The translations under genes were made by a program, and so were the position numbers. DNA of 26,030 bases, taken from positions 1 to 26,030 of the forward strand of contig NZ_JBMFOX010000017.1 of the NCBI RefSeq assembly GCF_049969415.1, written 5' to 3'. The notes below the pieces were generated by a model. It was given only the letters and a program-made list of their open reading frames with translations. It made no database searches and was not told where the DNA came from. Within the stretch, counting starts at the first letter, position 1; every line of letters starts with the position of its first letter. This DNA is from Candidatus Hadarchaeum sp. (GTDB lineage: Archaea > Hadarchaeota > Hadarchaeia > Hadarchaeales > Hadarchaeaceae). This document shows, piece by piece, positions 1-9,379 of this stretch.

Positions 1-141
1 GTGTTCCCGTCTCACCTCGGCGGCGGGACCGACAGCAGCGATCCTGTCCCCCTCGACCAGCACCGAGGCATCCCTGAGGACCTCGCGCCGGGGATTCATG
101 GTGACGACGATCCCGTTGTCGATCAAGATCTTTTCAGCCAT
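1..141 (-). CDS. Amidohydrolase family protein (MtaD/guanine deaminase/SsnA-like), N-terminal part; runs off the window edge
   Basis: Manual translation from ATG at 141: MAEKILIDNGIVVTMNPRREVLRDASVLVEGDRIAAVGPAAEVRREH, a typical amidohydrolase N-terminal beta-sandwich. GGGGTGA SD upstream. Not in the ORF track. Confidence 0.8.
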   Translation of the reverse strand, partial: MAEKILIDNGIVVTMNPRREVLRDASVLVEGDRIAAVGPAAEVRREH

Positions 142-161
142 TTTTATCACCCCAAATCAGC

Positions 162-1928
162 TCACACATCCAAATTTAACCTTGGCTTTCCATCCTTCGT
201 CCATCCTTGGAGCTCGTAGTACTTTTCCAGCATCAAATTGAACCCGGCTGGATCCACGCTTTTACCGCTGGCTGGACCCTCTCCTTCGAGCGGCTTCGCC
301 ATCATCTTTGGAAGGTAATCGTCTTTTCTGTCAAACCCATGCCTCACGTTAAATTCTCGGACCATGTTCCAGACCCTATTGCCAATGGACTTTAGCTGCT
401 CGACGGAATAATCGTAGCCCAAGGCCTTTAGCCACTCACTGCCGAGATCCTCAAGATACACCGGACTGGAAAAGTCGCATATGGCCAAACACCACAACAC
501 CGAGTTGTTGTCGTGATCCTCCTTGACAAACTTGGGCGCCTTTTCATAGTCGAATGCGGCGTCGCCCCAGAAGGTCGTCGGCCCCACTACCCATGATCTC
601 TTGTGGCATGCCCCCCGATCGCTCGTCGCATAGGCTAGAGCCATTCCCACACTGCCTCGCGGATCGTATCCTGGATAGCCCATCCCCTTGCACTCGACGG
701 CGAATTCCCCGCCACCATAGACCGAAACCGCCTTCTTCAGACCATCCGCCAGAGTATCTCCCAGCTTGCCTTTCCGGTGAGCAATATCGCCTACAATCTG
801 GATGCACTTTTCTACCTCTCCGAATTTTATGTCGAAAATTTTAATCCCCTCCTCATTGCACCTCATCAGCCAGCCGAGGATGTTCCCAGCCTCGATTGTG
901 TCGATACCGTATTCTCCGCAGAGCGCGTCCAGCTTGGCTATGGCGCTGAGATCATCTATTCCACAATTCGGACCCATCATGGCAATCGTTTCGTATTCTG
1001 GGCCCTTCCTCGTCTCAATCTCAAACTTGCCCTTCAACCTCAGCGAATAGCCGCAGGCAAGCGGGCAGTTGTAGCAAGTCTTTCTTTCCTTTGTGCTTGC
1101 TTTGACCTTTTCCGGGCTTATGTTGTCGTATCCGGGAAATCTGCCCATTTTCCAACCGAACGAGGGTAAGAGGCCGGCACTTTGGGAAGAGAAAGTCGTT
1201 CCAGCCGTTCCGATCTGAATCGCCCACTGAGTTCCCGGATTCTCCCTCAACTTTTTCACGTAGGCGACGGAAAGGTCTTTGATCTCCTTAGGTAAAGACT
1301 GCGGGTCGCTTTTAACCACGACACATTTGAGGTTTTTGGAACCCATAACCGCCCCCGCCCCGCCCCGGCCGGCGTGGTGGGTCCCCCAGTCTGAGGAAAT
1401 CGTAGCATACCTAACCATATTCTCGCCGCCGATGCCGATCCCGGCTATTTCAACACCCTTGCCGAACTTTTGGTAAAGCTCGACAACGCTCTTCCCCTTC
1501 AAATCCGGTGCGGTAACCAGCTCGGCCCTTCCGTGGTCCACCAGGAGGTAGCACATTTCCTTGGCTTTCCCCTCAAAGATGATTCCGACGTGGTTGGGAA
1601 GGCCGAACCTCAGCTTGGCTGGAAACATGCCGCCAGAATAAGAGTCCAAAAAGGTTCCGGTGAGCGGTGACTTTGTGCTGACCACCAGCCTTGAAGTTGT
1701 GGGAGCAATTCCTGTCAACGGACCCCAGCTAAAAATCAGTTTGTTCTCTGGGGAAAAGGGATCTACGCCCGGCTTTAACTCCTTCAGTAGGTAAAAGGCG
1801 GCGACCCCTTTTCCTCCGATAAGTTCTTTTGCCCTGCTGTCGAGCGGCTCGGATTTTATCGAACCGCTGGTCAAATTCACGCGAAGAATTTTTTCTAACT
1901 TTAAATTTTCAGTAATTTTTTCACCCAT
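162..1928 (-). CDS. aor: Aldehyde:ferredoxin oxidoreductase family (tungstopterin, 4Fe-4S)
   Basis: Motifs KSPLTG, AGRGGAGAVMGSKNLK, CYNCPLAC (CxxCxxxC), GPEYET, GIDTI, DRGACH and C-terminal ICDF. ATG at 1928 preferred over TTG at 1940. Confidence 0.9.
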   Translation of the reverse strand: MGEKITENLKLEKILRVNLTSGSIKSEPLDSRAKELIGGKGVAAFYLLKELKPGVDPFSPENKLIFSWGPLTGIAPTTSRLVVSTKSPLTGTFLDSYSGGMFPAKLRFGLPNHVGIIFEGKAKEMCYLLVDHGRAELVTAPDLKGKSVVELYQKFGKGVEIAGIGIGGENMVRYATISSDWGTHHAGRGGAGAVMGSKNLKCVVVKSDPQSLPKEIKDLSVAYVKKLRENPGTQWAIQIGTAGTTFSSQSAGLLPSFGWKMGRFPGYDNISPEKVKASTKERKTCYNCPLACGYSLRLKGKFEIETRKGPEYETIAMMGPNCGIDDLSAIAKLDALCGEYGIDTIEAGNILGWLMRCNEEGIKIFDIKFGEVEKCIQIVGDIAHRKGKLGDTLADGLKKAVSVYGGGEFAVECKGMGYPGYDPRGSVGMALAYATSDRGACHKRSWVVGPTTFWGDAAFDYEKAPKFVKEDHDNNSVLWCLAICDFSSPVYLEDLGSEWLKALGYDYSVEQLKSIGNRVWNMVREFNVRHGFDRKDDYLPKMMAKPLEGEGPASGKSVDPAGFNLMLEKYYELQGWTKDGKPRLNLDV

Positions 1929-1987
1929 AAAAATTATCAAAAAGAATATTAATCATTTTCTATCATCAAAGTCGGTAATTGGCCAGC

Positions 1988-2485
1988 TTACTTTTTCAGC
2001 TTTTTTGAAGCCTTCAGTATGGCCTTTACTATTTTTACATAACCGGTGCACCTGCAAAGGTTACCGTCAATAGCACGTCTTACCTCTTCCTCAGTCGGGT
2101 TCGGGTTTCTCTCGAGAAACGCCTTGGCCGCCAAAATCATGCCCGGAGTGCAGTACCCACACTGTATCGCGCCTTCTTCGATGAAGGCCTCTTGAAGCGG
2201 GTGCAACTTGCCCTCGCTCGAGATCCCCTCAATCGTGACGATCTTCCTGCCCTCTGCTGAGGCTGCAAGCACTAGACAAGAAGTCATGGGCTTACCATCA
2301 ATAAGTACGGTGCAGGCGCCGCACTCACCCGTCCCACATCCATACTTAGTCCCCGTCAGTCCTAGCTGGTCTCTGATCACCTGTAAAAGCGTCCAGTGTG
2401 GCTTTACCTCGACCTTATAATTCTTTCCATTAACGTTCAACTTAACGCGAATTTTTTTCTGGCCTTTTGCCGCCAATTCAACCAC
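1988..2485 (-). CDS. Xanthine/CO dehydrogenase-family small (2x[2Fe-2S]) subunit, CoxS/CutS-like
   Basis: GTKYGCGTGECGACTV, QCGYCTPG and NLCRCTGY cysteine motifs. Confidence 0.92.
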   Translation of the reverse strand: MVELAAKGQKKIRVKLNVNGKNYKVEVKPHWTLLQVIRDQLGLTGTKYGCGTGECGACTVLIDGKPMTSCLVLAASAEGRKIVTIEGISSEGKLHPLQEAFIEEGAIQCGYCTPGMILAAKAFLERNPNPTEEEVRRAIDGNLCRCTGYVKIVKAILKASKKLKK

Positions 2486-3359
2486 CTTTGAATCTTTCCA
2501 GAAGGGTAAGCAAGGCCCGCCTTGTTAATACCTCGGCGACGGCCCGGCGATATTCGGCCGGGGCCCTGATATCACTTATCGGCTTCGTCTCTTCGGCGGC
2601 CTTTTTAGCCACCACTTCCAAAGATGGGGCAATTTCTTCCAGCTTTTTTCCGACCAGCAAGGATTCCGCCTTCTTTGCCCTTATTGGGGTTGGCGCTACC
2701 GCACCGAGGACTATCCTAGCGACCTTGCAGATGTCACCATCAACCGTCAAACGAACCGCGACGTTAACTTGGGCGATATCCTCACTGGTCCGGCCCTTCT
2801 TGAAAAAGACCGCCTTGGTGCCGCCCGGAGCTTTAGGCACAAATATTTCTGTGAGAATTTCCCCCCGTCTCAAAACCGTCTTCTTTGGGCCCAAGAAGAA
2901 ATTCTCAAGCAAAACCTTCCTTTTACTGCGTGGCCCGGTTATTCTGGCCTCGGCCTCCAAAGCTATCAGGGACGGGGGCATGTCGGCTGAAGGTGCCGCG
3001 TTACAGATGTTCCCCCCGATCGTGGCGTAATTCTTCGTTATTGGCGTCCCCATGTCCAAAGTTGACTTCGCAATCACATCATACGGCTCAACGTTCAACA
3101 ACGGCGAATCTGCAATCTCATTCAAAGTGGCCAGCGCGCCAATTCTTATCCCGCCGCCTTCTTTTTTAATGTAGTCCAGCGGTAGGCGAGAAATATCGAT
3201 TAAGTATTCCAAATGAGACGGCTTCACCACGAGCAGATCGGTTCCCCCGGCCAAAACTGCCGCTCTCCGCCCGAATTTTTTGAGGAGACCTACCGCTTCC
3301 CCCACAGTGATCGCTCGAAAATATTCCTTAGGTCTGAAAGGCATCTTATCGGTAAGCAT
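2478..3359 (-). CDS. Xanthine/CO dehydrogenase-family FAD-binding medium subunit, CoxM/CutM-like
   Basis: AGGTDL, IGALAT, ATIGGNICNAAPSAD and C-terminal PISDIRAPAEYR. Overlaps the start of the small subunit. Confidence 0.92.
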   Translation of the reverse strand: MLTDKMPFRPKEYFRAITVGEAVGLLKKFGRRAAVLAGGTDLLVVKPSHLEYLIDISRLPLDYIKKEGGGIRIGALATLNEIADSPLLNVEPYDVIAKSTLDMGTPITKNYATIGGNICNAAPSADMPPSLIALEAEARITGPRSKRKVLLENFFLGPKKTVLRRGEILTEIFVPKAPGGTKAVFFKKGRTSEDIAQVNVAVRLTVDGDICKVARIVLGAVAPTPIRAKKAESLLVGKKLEEIAPSLEVVAKKAAEETKPISDIRAPAEYRRAVAEVLTRRALLTLLERFKGG

Positions 3360-3434
3360 TTTTCCGGTGACCTAAAAAATCTTTCTAAAAAAAGAAATTA
3401 ATATCTCGGTCGTAAAGATTAACCCTGGGGCGAG

Positions 3435-4658
3435 ATGAACAGCGAAATAGACCTTCTTGTCAAAAACGCGAGGATGATTGATGGAGACAAACTTGTTGAC
3501 ATAGCGATCTCGGGCAAAAAAATAGCCTTGGTCGGTGAAGAGGTAGCTTTGCCCGCGAAGCTGAAGCTAAACGTTGCCGGAAAGTTGACCATTCCTGGCT
3601 TTATCGACGCCCATATGCACCTAGATCATGCCTGTCTTGGCGGCGACGCAAAATGGATCCCGCGGACCCACGAAGAATCAGAAAAAATTATCAGAGAAGG
3701 AAGAAAATTGATAGATTCCAATGGTGTGAAAGAAGTGGCGGCGAAGGCGGCGAAAGCGGTCTTGAAAAATGGTACCACTGCGATAAGAACCCACGTTAAC
3801 GTTGACCGGCTCTTCGGACTGAGAGAGCTAAAAGCCATTTTGGAGTTCAAAAGGGAGTGCGCAGAGTGGATGGATCTGCAGATAGTCGCCTTCCCATCAC
3901 GAGAAGCCTTAACGCGTTCGAGCGAAAGTGAATCACTTCTGAAACAGGCGATGAAGCTCGGCGCTGACGTGGTCGGTGGTTTGCCGAATGTGGACCCTGA
4001 CCCAGATGGTTATTTGGAAATTATTTTTGACCTGGCCAAGCGATACAAGGCAAAAATTGACCTCCACGTTGATGAAACGAACGACTCGAAGAGCCGAGTG
4101 CTCGAACTTTACGCTGAAAAAGCTCTGGAAAACGAATATGTGGGAAAGGTGGCAGCGAGCCACTGCAGCGCGCTATCTGCCTACCCTCAGAAATACGCTA
4201 AAAAAGTGATAAACATAGTCAAAGAGGCCGAGATGAGCATTATCGCGAACCCATTTACGAATATTTACATTCTCGGCCAGAATGACAAACCCAACGGCAT
4301 CACCAGAGTCAAGGATTTGCTTGACTCCGGCGTAAACGTCTGCTACGCCACCGACAACTTTAACGATGGTTATAATCCACTGGGTAATGGGGACATGCTG
4401 CTGGCAGCGCTTTTCTTGGCATATCACCAGCGTCTTGACGGCAAGTACTCCTTTTCGAAACTGCTGGAAATGGGAACCACGTCGGCGGCTAAAGCTACAG
4501 GGATTTTGGAAAATTATGACATCGAGGAAGGCGGACAAGCGGATCTGGTGGTACTCGACGCTGAAACGCCGTGGGAGGCCATCGTGTTTCAAGCAAAAAG
4601 ATCTCTTGTGATTAAAAAAGGTAAAATCGTGGCAAAGGATGGTGTCCTAGTCATCTAG
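3435..4658 (+). CDS. Metal-dependent amidohydrolase, cytosine deaminase (CodA)/AtzC-like
   Basis: PGFIDAHMHLD, GTTAIRTHV, LQIVAFP, DLHVDE, SHC, ATDN and GQADLVVLD motifs. Substrate is uncertain. Confidence 0.85.
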   Translation: MNSEIDLLVKNARMIDGDKLVDIAISGKKIALVGEEVALPAKLKLNVAGKLTIPGFIDAHMHLDHACLGGDAKWIPRTHEESEKIIREGRKLIDSNGVKEVAAKAAKAVLKNGTTAIRTHVNVDRLFGLRELKAILEFKRECAEWMDLQIVAFPSREALTRSSESESLLKQAMKLGADVVGGLPNVDPDPDGYLEIIFDLAKRYKAKIDLHVDETNDSKSRVLELYAEKALENEYVGKVAASHCSALSAYPQKYAKKVINIVKEAEMSIIANPFTNIYILGQNDKPNGITRVKDLLDSGVNVCYATDNFNDGYNPLGNGDMLLAALFLAYHQRLDGKYSFSKLLEMGTTSAAKATGILENYDIEEGGQADLVVLDAETPWEAIVFQAKRSLVIKKGKIVAKDGVLVI

Positions 4659-4693
4659 TCTGCGCTAATTTTTAAAATATGGGCTTGCATTTT

Positions 4694-5887
4694 TCAAAGC
4701 CAGCCCCTTGAATACATCGTGTCGACTATTCTGGTGGCGGCCAGCGCCAAGGCGGACTTTCTCAAATTCACCCCATTTCTCACCGAAAAATGCAGGGTTT
4801 CCTCAAACGCCTCTAAAAGAGTTTCTTTTATGACTGCAAAGGTCTCCCCCTTTCTGGTCTTGGCTCCGGACTTACCCTCGCGCCACTCAATATAGCTGGC
4901 AACCACGCCGCCCGCATTGGCAAGGAAATCCGGGACAATTATTTTTTTGTTCTTGAGGAGTATCTCGTCGGCCTCCTGGGTAACGGGAGCATTGGCACCC
5001 TCGACTATCAAATCGGCCTTGATGTTGGCCGCATTTCCTGTATTTATCACTCCGCCAACGGCTGCAGGGATGAGAAGGTCGACATCAAGCTCGAGCAGGC
5101 TTTGATTAGTTATTTGGCTGCCACCGAAGCCGCTGACCGTGCCCGTTCTCTGGAAATAATTTTTAAGATCCTCGAGGTTTATGCCTCCGGCGTGGAACGT
5201 GCCGCCACGCACGTCGGAAACGGCAACTATCTTGGCGCCCATCTTCGACAAAAACTCACAGGTCCAAGAGCCAACGTTTCCAAAACCCTGCACCGCAACG
5301 GTGACGTCGGATATTTCTTTTTTCAAAAACTCCCGCACGGCCCTCTCAGCAACAACCGAAACACCATAACCGGTGGCCTCCTTCCTTCCGGGAAGGCCTC
5401 CGATACCGATGGGTTTGCCGGTCACAGACTCTCTGAGATGTGTTTCTCCAAAAATCGCGGCCATCTCGCTGGGGCCGGTACCTATGTCGGGAGCGGGGAC
5501 ATAATGCCCCGATAACAGTTCATTCCGGAGCTCATGGGCATAAGCACTCATAATAATCTGTTTTGATTCCGGCGGCAGATTGCTGTCTGCAGCTATGCCT
5601 GACTTCGCCCCACCGAAAGGCAGATCCATCAAAGCATTTTTGTAGGTCATTATCTCGGCCAGCTGGGCGACCTCTTCCAAAGTAACGTCACTCGACATTC
5701 TCACGCCGCCTTTTCCCGGCGGACCGCGTGCGGCGCTGTGGTAGACCAAATACACATAGATGAAACCACTTACGCCCGGAACGTGTCTTCTTATCCGACA
5801 CCTTATGATCCTATCCGGCTCGCTCAACAATCGATATGCCTTCTCCGGCATGCCCACGAGCTTAACTATCTCTTCATCCAAAAGCAT
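4694..5887 (-). CDS. gdhA: Glu/Leu/Phe/Val dehydrogenase, probably glutamate dehydrogenase
   Basis: KGGVR, MTYK, PFGGAKSG, VPAPD, VTGKP..GG..GR.EATGYGV, QGFGNVG, EGANAP and ANAGGVVASY. ATG at 5887 overlaps the thrC stop (TGATG); the ORF track starts at 5902. Confidence 0.85.
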   Translation of the reverse strand: MLLDEEIVKLVGMPEKAYRLLSEPDRIIRCRIRRHVPGVSGFIYVYLVYHSAARGPPGKGGVRMSSDVTLEEVAQLAEIMTYKNALMDLPFGGAKSGIAADSNLPPESKQIIMSAYAHELRNELLSGHYVPAPDIGTGPSEMAAIFGETHLRESVTGKPIGIGGLPGRKEATGYGVSVVAERAVREFLKKEISDVTVAVQGFGNVGSWTCEFLSKMGAKIVAVSDVRGGTFHAGGINLEDLKNYFQRTGTVSGFGGSQITNQSLLELDVDLLIPAAVGGVINTGNAANIKADLIVEGANAPVTQEADEILLKNKKIIVPDFLANAGGVVASYIEWREGKSGAKTRKGETFAVIKETLLEAFEETLHFSVRNGVNLRKSALALAATRIVDTMYSRGWL

Positions 5888-7077
5888 CAGGTTCGCCCCC
5901 ACCTATGCTGAGGAACCGCCGTTTTTATAGCTTCCTCAGGGTCCTTCAGCATGTGCCCAGTGGCAACGCAGACGACGACATCGTCCTTTTTTATTTCTCC
6001 CTGATGCACCAGCTTCCGGAGCCCGGCGATTGTAGAAGCGCTGGCAGGTTCAACTCCAATCCCCTCCAGTCTCGCTAGGAGCTTTTGGGCCCGAATAATT
6101 TCACCATCGGAAACCGACTCCGCCGCCCCTCTCGAGTTTCTAATCGCCCTGATAGCTTTGGGGCCATTTACTGGATTGCCTATTCTAATGGCCGTCGCTA
6201 TCGTCTCCGGCTTTTCCACCGGCTCGAAAGTTTCCTTACCTTCTTTTATGGCCCTTACTATCGGGCTTGCCCCTGCCGCCTGTATTCCGATCATCCGAGG
6301 GATTCCCTCAGTTATCCCGACTGATTCAAATTCCAAAAATCCCTTGTATATTGCCCAGATGTTGGCACAGTTGCCCATCGGCACCACTACTTCATCAGGG
6401 ACCAGCCATCCCAGTTGGTCCGCGATCTCGTAACCTATTGACTTCTGACCTTGCAGCCGAAATGGATTCAAGGAGTTCAACAGATAAATGTCATTCCTTT
6501 GTTCACACAAGTTCCGGACGATTGCTAGGGCCTCGTCAAAGTTGCCTTTAACGGCCAAAACCTTGGCGCCATAAATCAAAGCCTGCACCAGCTTGCCCAA
6601 CGCCACTTTGCCTCGGGGCAGAATAACAATGCAGCGCAGCCCTGCCCGGGAAGCATAAGCCGCAAGCGAGGCCGATGTGTTCCCGGTCGAGGCACAGGCA
6701 ACCGTTTTAACGCCGAATTCAAGTGCCTTGGTCACACCCACCGTCATGCCCCGGTCCTTGAATGATCCCGTTGGATTGGCACCCTCAAATTTAACGTAAA
6801 GTTCCCGGACGCCGATCTCCTTCCCCAAACGATCGCATCTTATGAGCGGAGTTCCACCCTCGCCCAAACTAACTATCTTGGATTCATCGATAACTGGAAG
6901 AAAACTCCGGTATTTCCAAACGCTCGGCGGCTTTAGTTCAAGGTCCCTTTTTCTCAGCTTTTGCTTCAACTTGCCCAGCTCAAGCTCGACTTCCAAGAGT
7001 CCGCCGCACTTGGGGCAGGTGTAAAACCTCGAATTAATGTCGAATTTGCCGCGGCATTCTATGCATTCCAGCCACAA
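5887..7077 (-). CDS. thrC: Threonine synthase (PLP-dependent, N-terminal Zn-ribbon)
   Basis: NPTGSFKDRG (PLP Lys), CASTGNTSASLAAY, VEPASA and N-terminal CxxC..CxxC; adjacent to hom. Confidence 0.93.
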   Translation of the reverse strand: MWLECIECRGKFDINSRFYTCPKCGGLLEVELELGKLKQKLRKRDLELKPPSVWKYRSFLPVIDESKIVSLGEGGTPLIRCDRLGKEIGVRELYVKFEGANPTGSFKDRGMTVGVTKALEFGVKTVACASTGNTSASLAAYASRAGLRCIVILPRGKVALGKLVQALIYGAKVLAVKGNFDEALAIVRNLCEQRNDIYLLNSLNPFRLQGQKSIGYEIADQLGWLVPDEVVVPMGNCANIWAIYKGFLEFESVGITEGIPRMIGIQAAGASPIVRAIKEGKETFEPVEKPETIATAIRIGNPVNGPKAIRAIRNSRGAAESVSDGEIIRAQKLLARLEGIGVEPASASTIAGLRKLVHQGEIKKDDVVVCVATGHMLKDPEEAIKTAVPQHRWGRT

Positions 7078-7079
7078 AA

Positions 7080-8093
7080 TTAACCACCCAGAGTCCGGTG
7101 GACGTCTATCAGATCACCTAGCAGCGAGCTCGAGGTTTCCTTCGGCCCAGCCCCGAAACCCGTAATTGATATCTCTCCAGCCAAATCCAGCTTAAAGGTA
7201 ACTGCATTCAAAGTTCCACTGACCGCGAGCGGGTGCCCTTGGGGTACCAGCTTGGGGCTTACCTCGAGGAGGTCCCGTCTTGCTGTCCCGACCAATTTTA
7301 TCGTCTGTCCGGCCTCCTGTGCCAGTCTGGTGGCGTCAGGGGTAACCCTCCTGATTCCAGTCACTTTAACGTCAGAAAGTTTGGCGTCAATCCCAAGTAC
7401 AGAGTTGGCCAAAATAGTTATCTTGCATGCTGTGTCTATTCCATCTATATCTAATGTGGGGTCCTTTTCAGCCAACCCGAGCTCCTGGGCTTCCTGGATG
7501 ATCATTTCCTGCGGCACACCTTCAGCGCTCATGCGGCTCAAAATGTAGTTGGTGGTCCCATTGAGCACCCCCCGTATCTCTAAAATCTCGTTACCGCACA
7601 GCAGTTTTTTGGCCAGACCTATCACCGGAACCGCGCCACCGACCGAAGCCGAATATCTGAACTCCACACCTTGTTTTCGGGCCATTGAATCCAGCTCCTT
7701 AAAAGCAACCACCAGCGGCCCCTTGTTAGAAGTGATAACGTGCTTTCCAGATTGCATGGCCCGCTTGATGTGGGTCAGCCCTGGCTCGCCGGTTTTAATG
7801 TTCGTCGGTGTGAGTTCAAAAACTAGGTCAGCACTAACCTCTTCAATTAGATCGAGCGCAAGTTTGCCGCGCCTGCCGCCTGGATATTTCGCAACCGTCC
7901 CATGACTCTCAGCGGTTTTTAAAAGCCGAGGCAAATCCAATCCATTTTCGTCCACCGCCGCACCACACTCATCAGCTACCGCCACCACTTTAGGAATTAG
8001 CCCATAGGCTTTTTTGAAAAAATCGGCTTTCCCGATGAAGGCCCGGCAAATGCCCCTCCCCAAATTTCCAAAACCAACGATGATTATCCTCAT
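7080..8093 (-). CDS. hom: Homoserine dehydrogenase
   Basis: GFGNLG, HVITSNKGP, ASVGGAVPVI, GVLNGTTNYIL, AEKDPTLDIDGIDTACK and GAGPKET. Confidence 0.93.
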   Translation of the reverse strand: MRIIIVGFGNLGRGICRAFIGKADFFKKAYGLIPKVVAVADECGAAVDENGLDLPRLLKTAESHGTVAKYPGGRRGKLALDLIEEVSADLVFELTPTNIKTGEPGLTHIKRAMQSGKHVITSNKGPLVVAFKELDSMARKQGVEFRYSASVGGAVPVIGLAKKLLCGNEILEIRGVLNGTTNYILSRMSAEGVPQEMIIQEAQELGLAEKDPTLDIDGIDTACKITILANSVLGIDAKLSDVKVTGIRRVTPDATRLAQEAGQTIKLVGTARRDLLEVSPKLVPQGHPLAVSGTLNAVTFKLDLAGEISITGFGAGPKETSSSLLGDLIDVHRTLGG

Positions 8094-8596
8094 TAAACCG
8101 CCTCAATTGAAGTTATCAGCAGCAGCTTTTTTCTTTCAGCAATTTCACGCAGTTTGAAAAGAGCCAGCCTAGAACGCTCTTTGTCATCGGCTGCGATAAT
8201 CATGCGGGCTGAGGATTCGTGTCCCAGGCTTCCCACGGCGAGGTTAAGCTCAGACACCGTCACTCCTTTGATAGCATTGAGCTGATCTATTGTCTGCCTG
8301 ATGTCCGTGTGAACGATGTGGCCCACCAGAATGGCTGTGGTAACTATCTCCCCTTCGCGCTCCCCCACCTGGGTAACCCGAACCCCGGCCTGCTTCAGCG
8401 CTACCAAGATTCTTTTGAGCGTTGCTTGGTCTCTTACCTCGAAAATCAACATGACCGGGAGACGTCCGAGCGGGGTCTTGCGTTCCCGTTGGTGCATGAT
8501 GCTTTTGATATTGCCGCCGAATCTGGCGATTGGCTCCAGCCCTTTTAGGAGCTGTCCGGGCACATCCTCAAGTTCCATCACCATCTTCACGAGCAT
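8093..8596 (-). CDS. Tandem ACT-domain protein (putative allosteric regulator of homoserine dehydrogenase)
   Basis: ELEDVPGQLLKGLEPIARFGGNIKSIMH ACT signature and a second repeat (LVGHIVHTDIRQTID). Stop overlaps the hom start. Confidence 0.85.
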   Translation of the reverse strand: MLVKMVMELEDVPGQLLKGLEPIARFGGNIKSIMHQRERKTPLGRLPVMLIFEVRDQATLKRILVALKQAGVRVTQVGEREGEIVTTAILVGHIVHTDIRQTIDQLNAIKGVTVSELNLAVGSLGHESSARMIIAADDKERSRLALFKLREIAERKKLLLITSIEAV

Positions 8597-8696
8597 TCTA
8601 CCGACCTTGTTTAACCATCAGCTGGCGGGGTGATAACCATTTCGAGTGTATTTTTCGATGAGCGAAAGCTTAATATCAGTAAGTTATGTCCGCCTT

Positions 8697-9314
8697 TCAT
8701 ACCACCCGGATTCGGCGCGGGATGCTGATTATTAGCTTTTCTTTCTCAACTTTTACTTTGTAGGATTGCCTTTCGGTCGAAGCCGGCAATGCCACGGTAC
8801 AGAAATATTCCCGGCCAAGTTTTGGTGCCAATGCGTAAATTTCGACGGACTCGGGATAAAACTTCAGCCTAACGTTGTCCTCGCTTTCCACCCCTTCGGC
8901 GCAAATCGTTATTGTGACCTCGTTAAAGTCGACCGACACATTATATTCCGGTATCACTCTTTCCTTCAACCGTGCCGCCGGCCCTTCCTTTTCAGCCTCC
9001 GCTTTTCCAGGGGCCCTTTCCGGCTTCTCGGCCACCGGGACCGGTCTTCCTTTAACCAACGGCACCCGTACCCACTTCCCTGAGGGGCTAAAGCGTCTCA
9101 CCTCTATCTTCGGCGGCCCCCGCCCATTACTGCTTATTGACACGCTGAAACCACTACCCTTAACGTAACCGCTAGGAGTTTTAACAACCCATTCGGAAGG
9201 TTTGGGGGTAATCTCCTGGAAGTGAAGCTCCTTTTCAATTTCTTCAAAATCCTTGAAAAATCGCTTCATCATCCGCTTGAAAAACTCATCGAATGGATCC
9301 GACATTCTTTGCAC
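8697..9314 (-). CDS. Divergent small heat-shock (Hsp20/alpha-crystallin-like) protein
   Basis: N-terminus DPFDEFFKRMMKRFF and GFSVSISSNGRGPPKIEV are typical of archaeal Hsp20. C-terminal beta-rich domain (Y...V.LP...LIISIPR). The start may be ATG 9305. Confidence 0.65.
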   Translation of the reverse strand: MQRMSDPFDEFFKRMMKRFFKDFEEIEKELHFQEITPKPSEWVVKTPSGYVKGSGFSVSISSNGRGPPKIEVRRFSPSGKWVRVPLVKGRPVPVAEKPERAPGKAEAEKEGPAARLKERVIPEYNVSVDFNEVTITICAEGVESEDNVRLKFYPESVEIYALAPKLGREYFCTVALPASTERQSYKVKVEKEKLIISIPRRIRVV

Positions 9315-9350
9315 CCAGTATATGGTTGTCCCTGGGCCTTATAATCTTTG

Positions 9351-9365
9351 AAAATAAAAAAGAAA
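9351..9365 (-). terminator. Archaeal oligo-T terminator candidate
   Basis: Minus strand reads TTTCTTTTTTATTTT, about 15 nt after the stop of the Cys-rich small ORF. Confidence 0.45.
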
Positions 9366-9379
9366 GCTGGGTTCTTAGT

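Noticed and set aside
1-219. ORF-track plus-strand 72-aa ORF
   Set aside because: It is an antisense shadow. The real gene is the minus-strand amidohydrolase start at 141, and the ORF also overlaps the aor 3' end.
1988-3359. Aerobic CO dehydrogenase call
   Set aside because: Substrate specificity resides in the large subunit, which is absent from the window. M and S subunits are not diagnostic.
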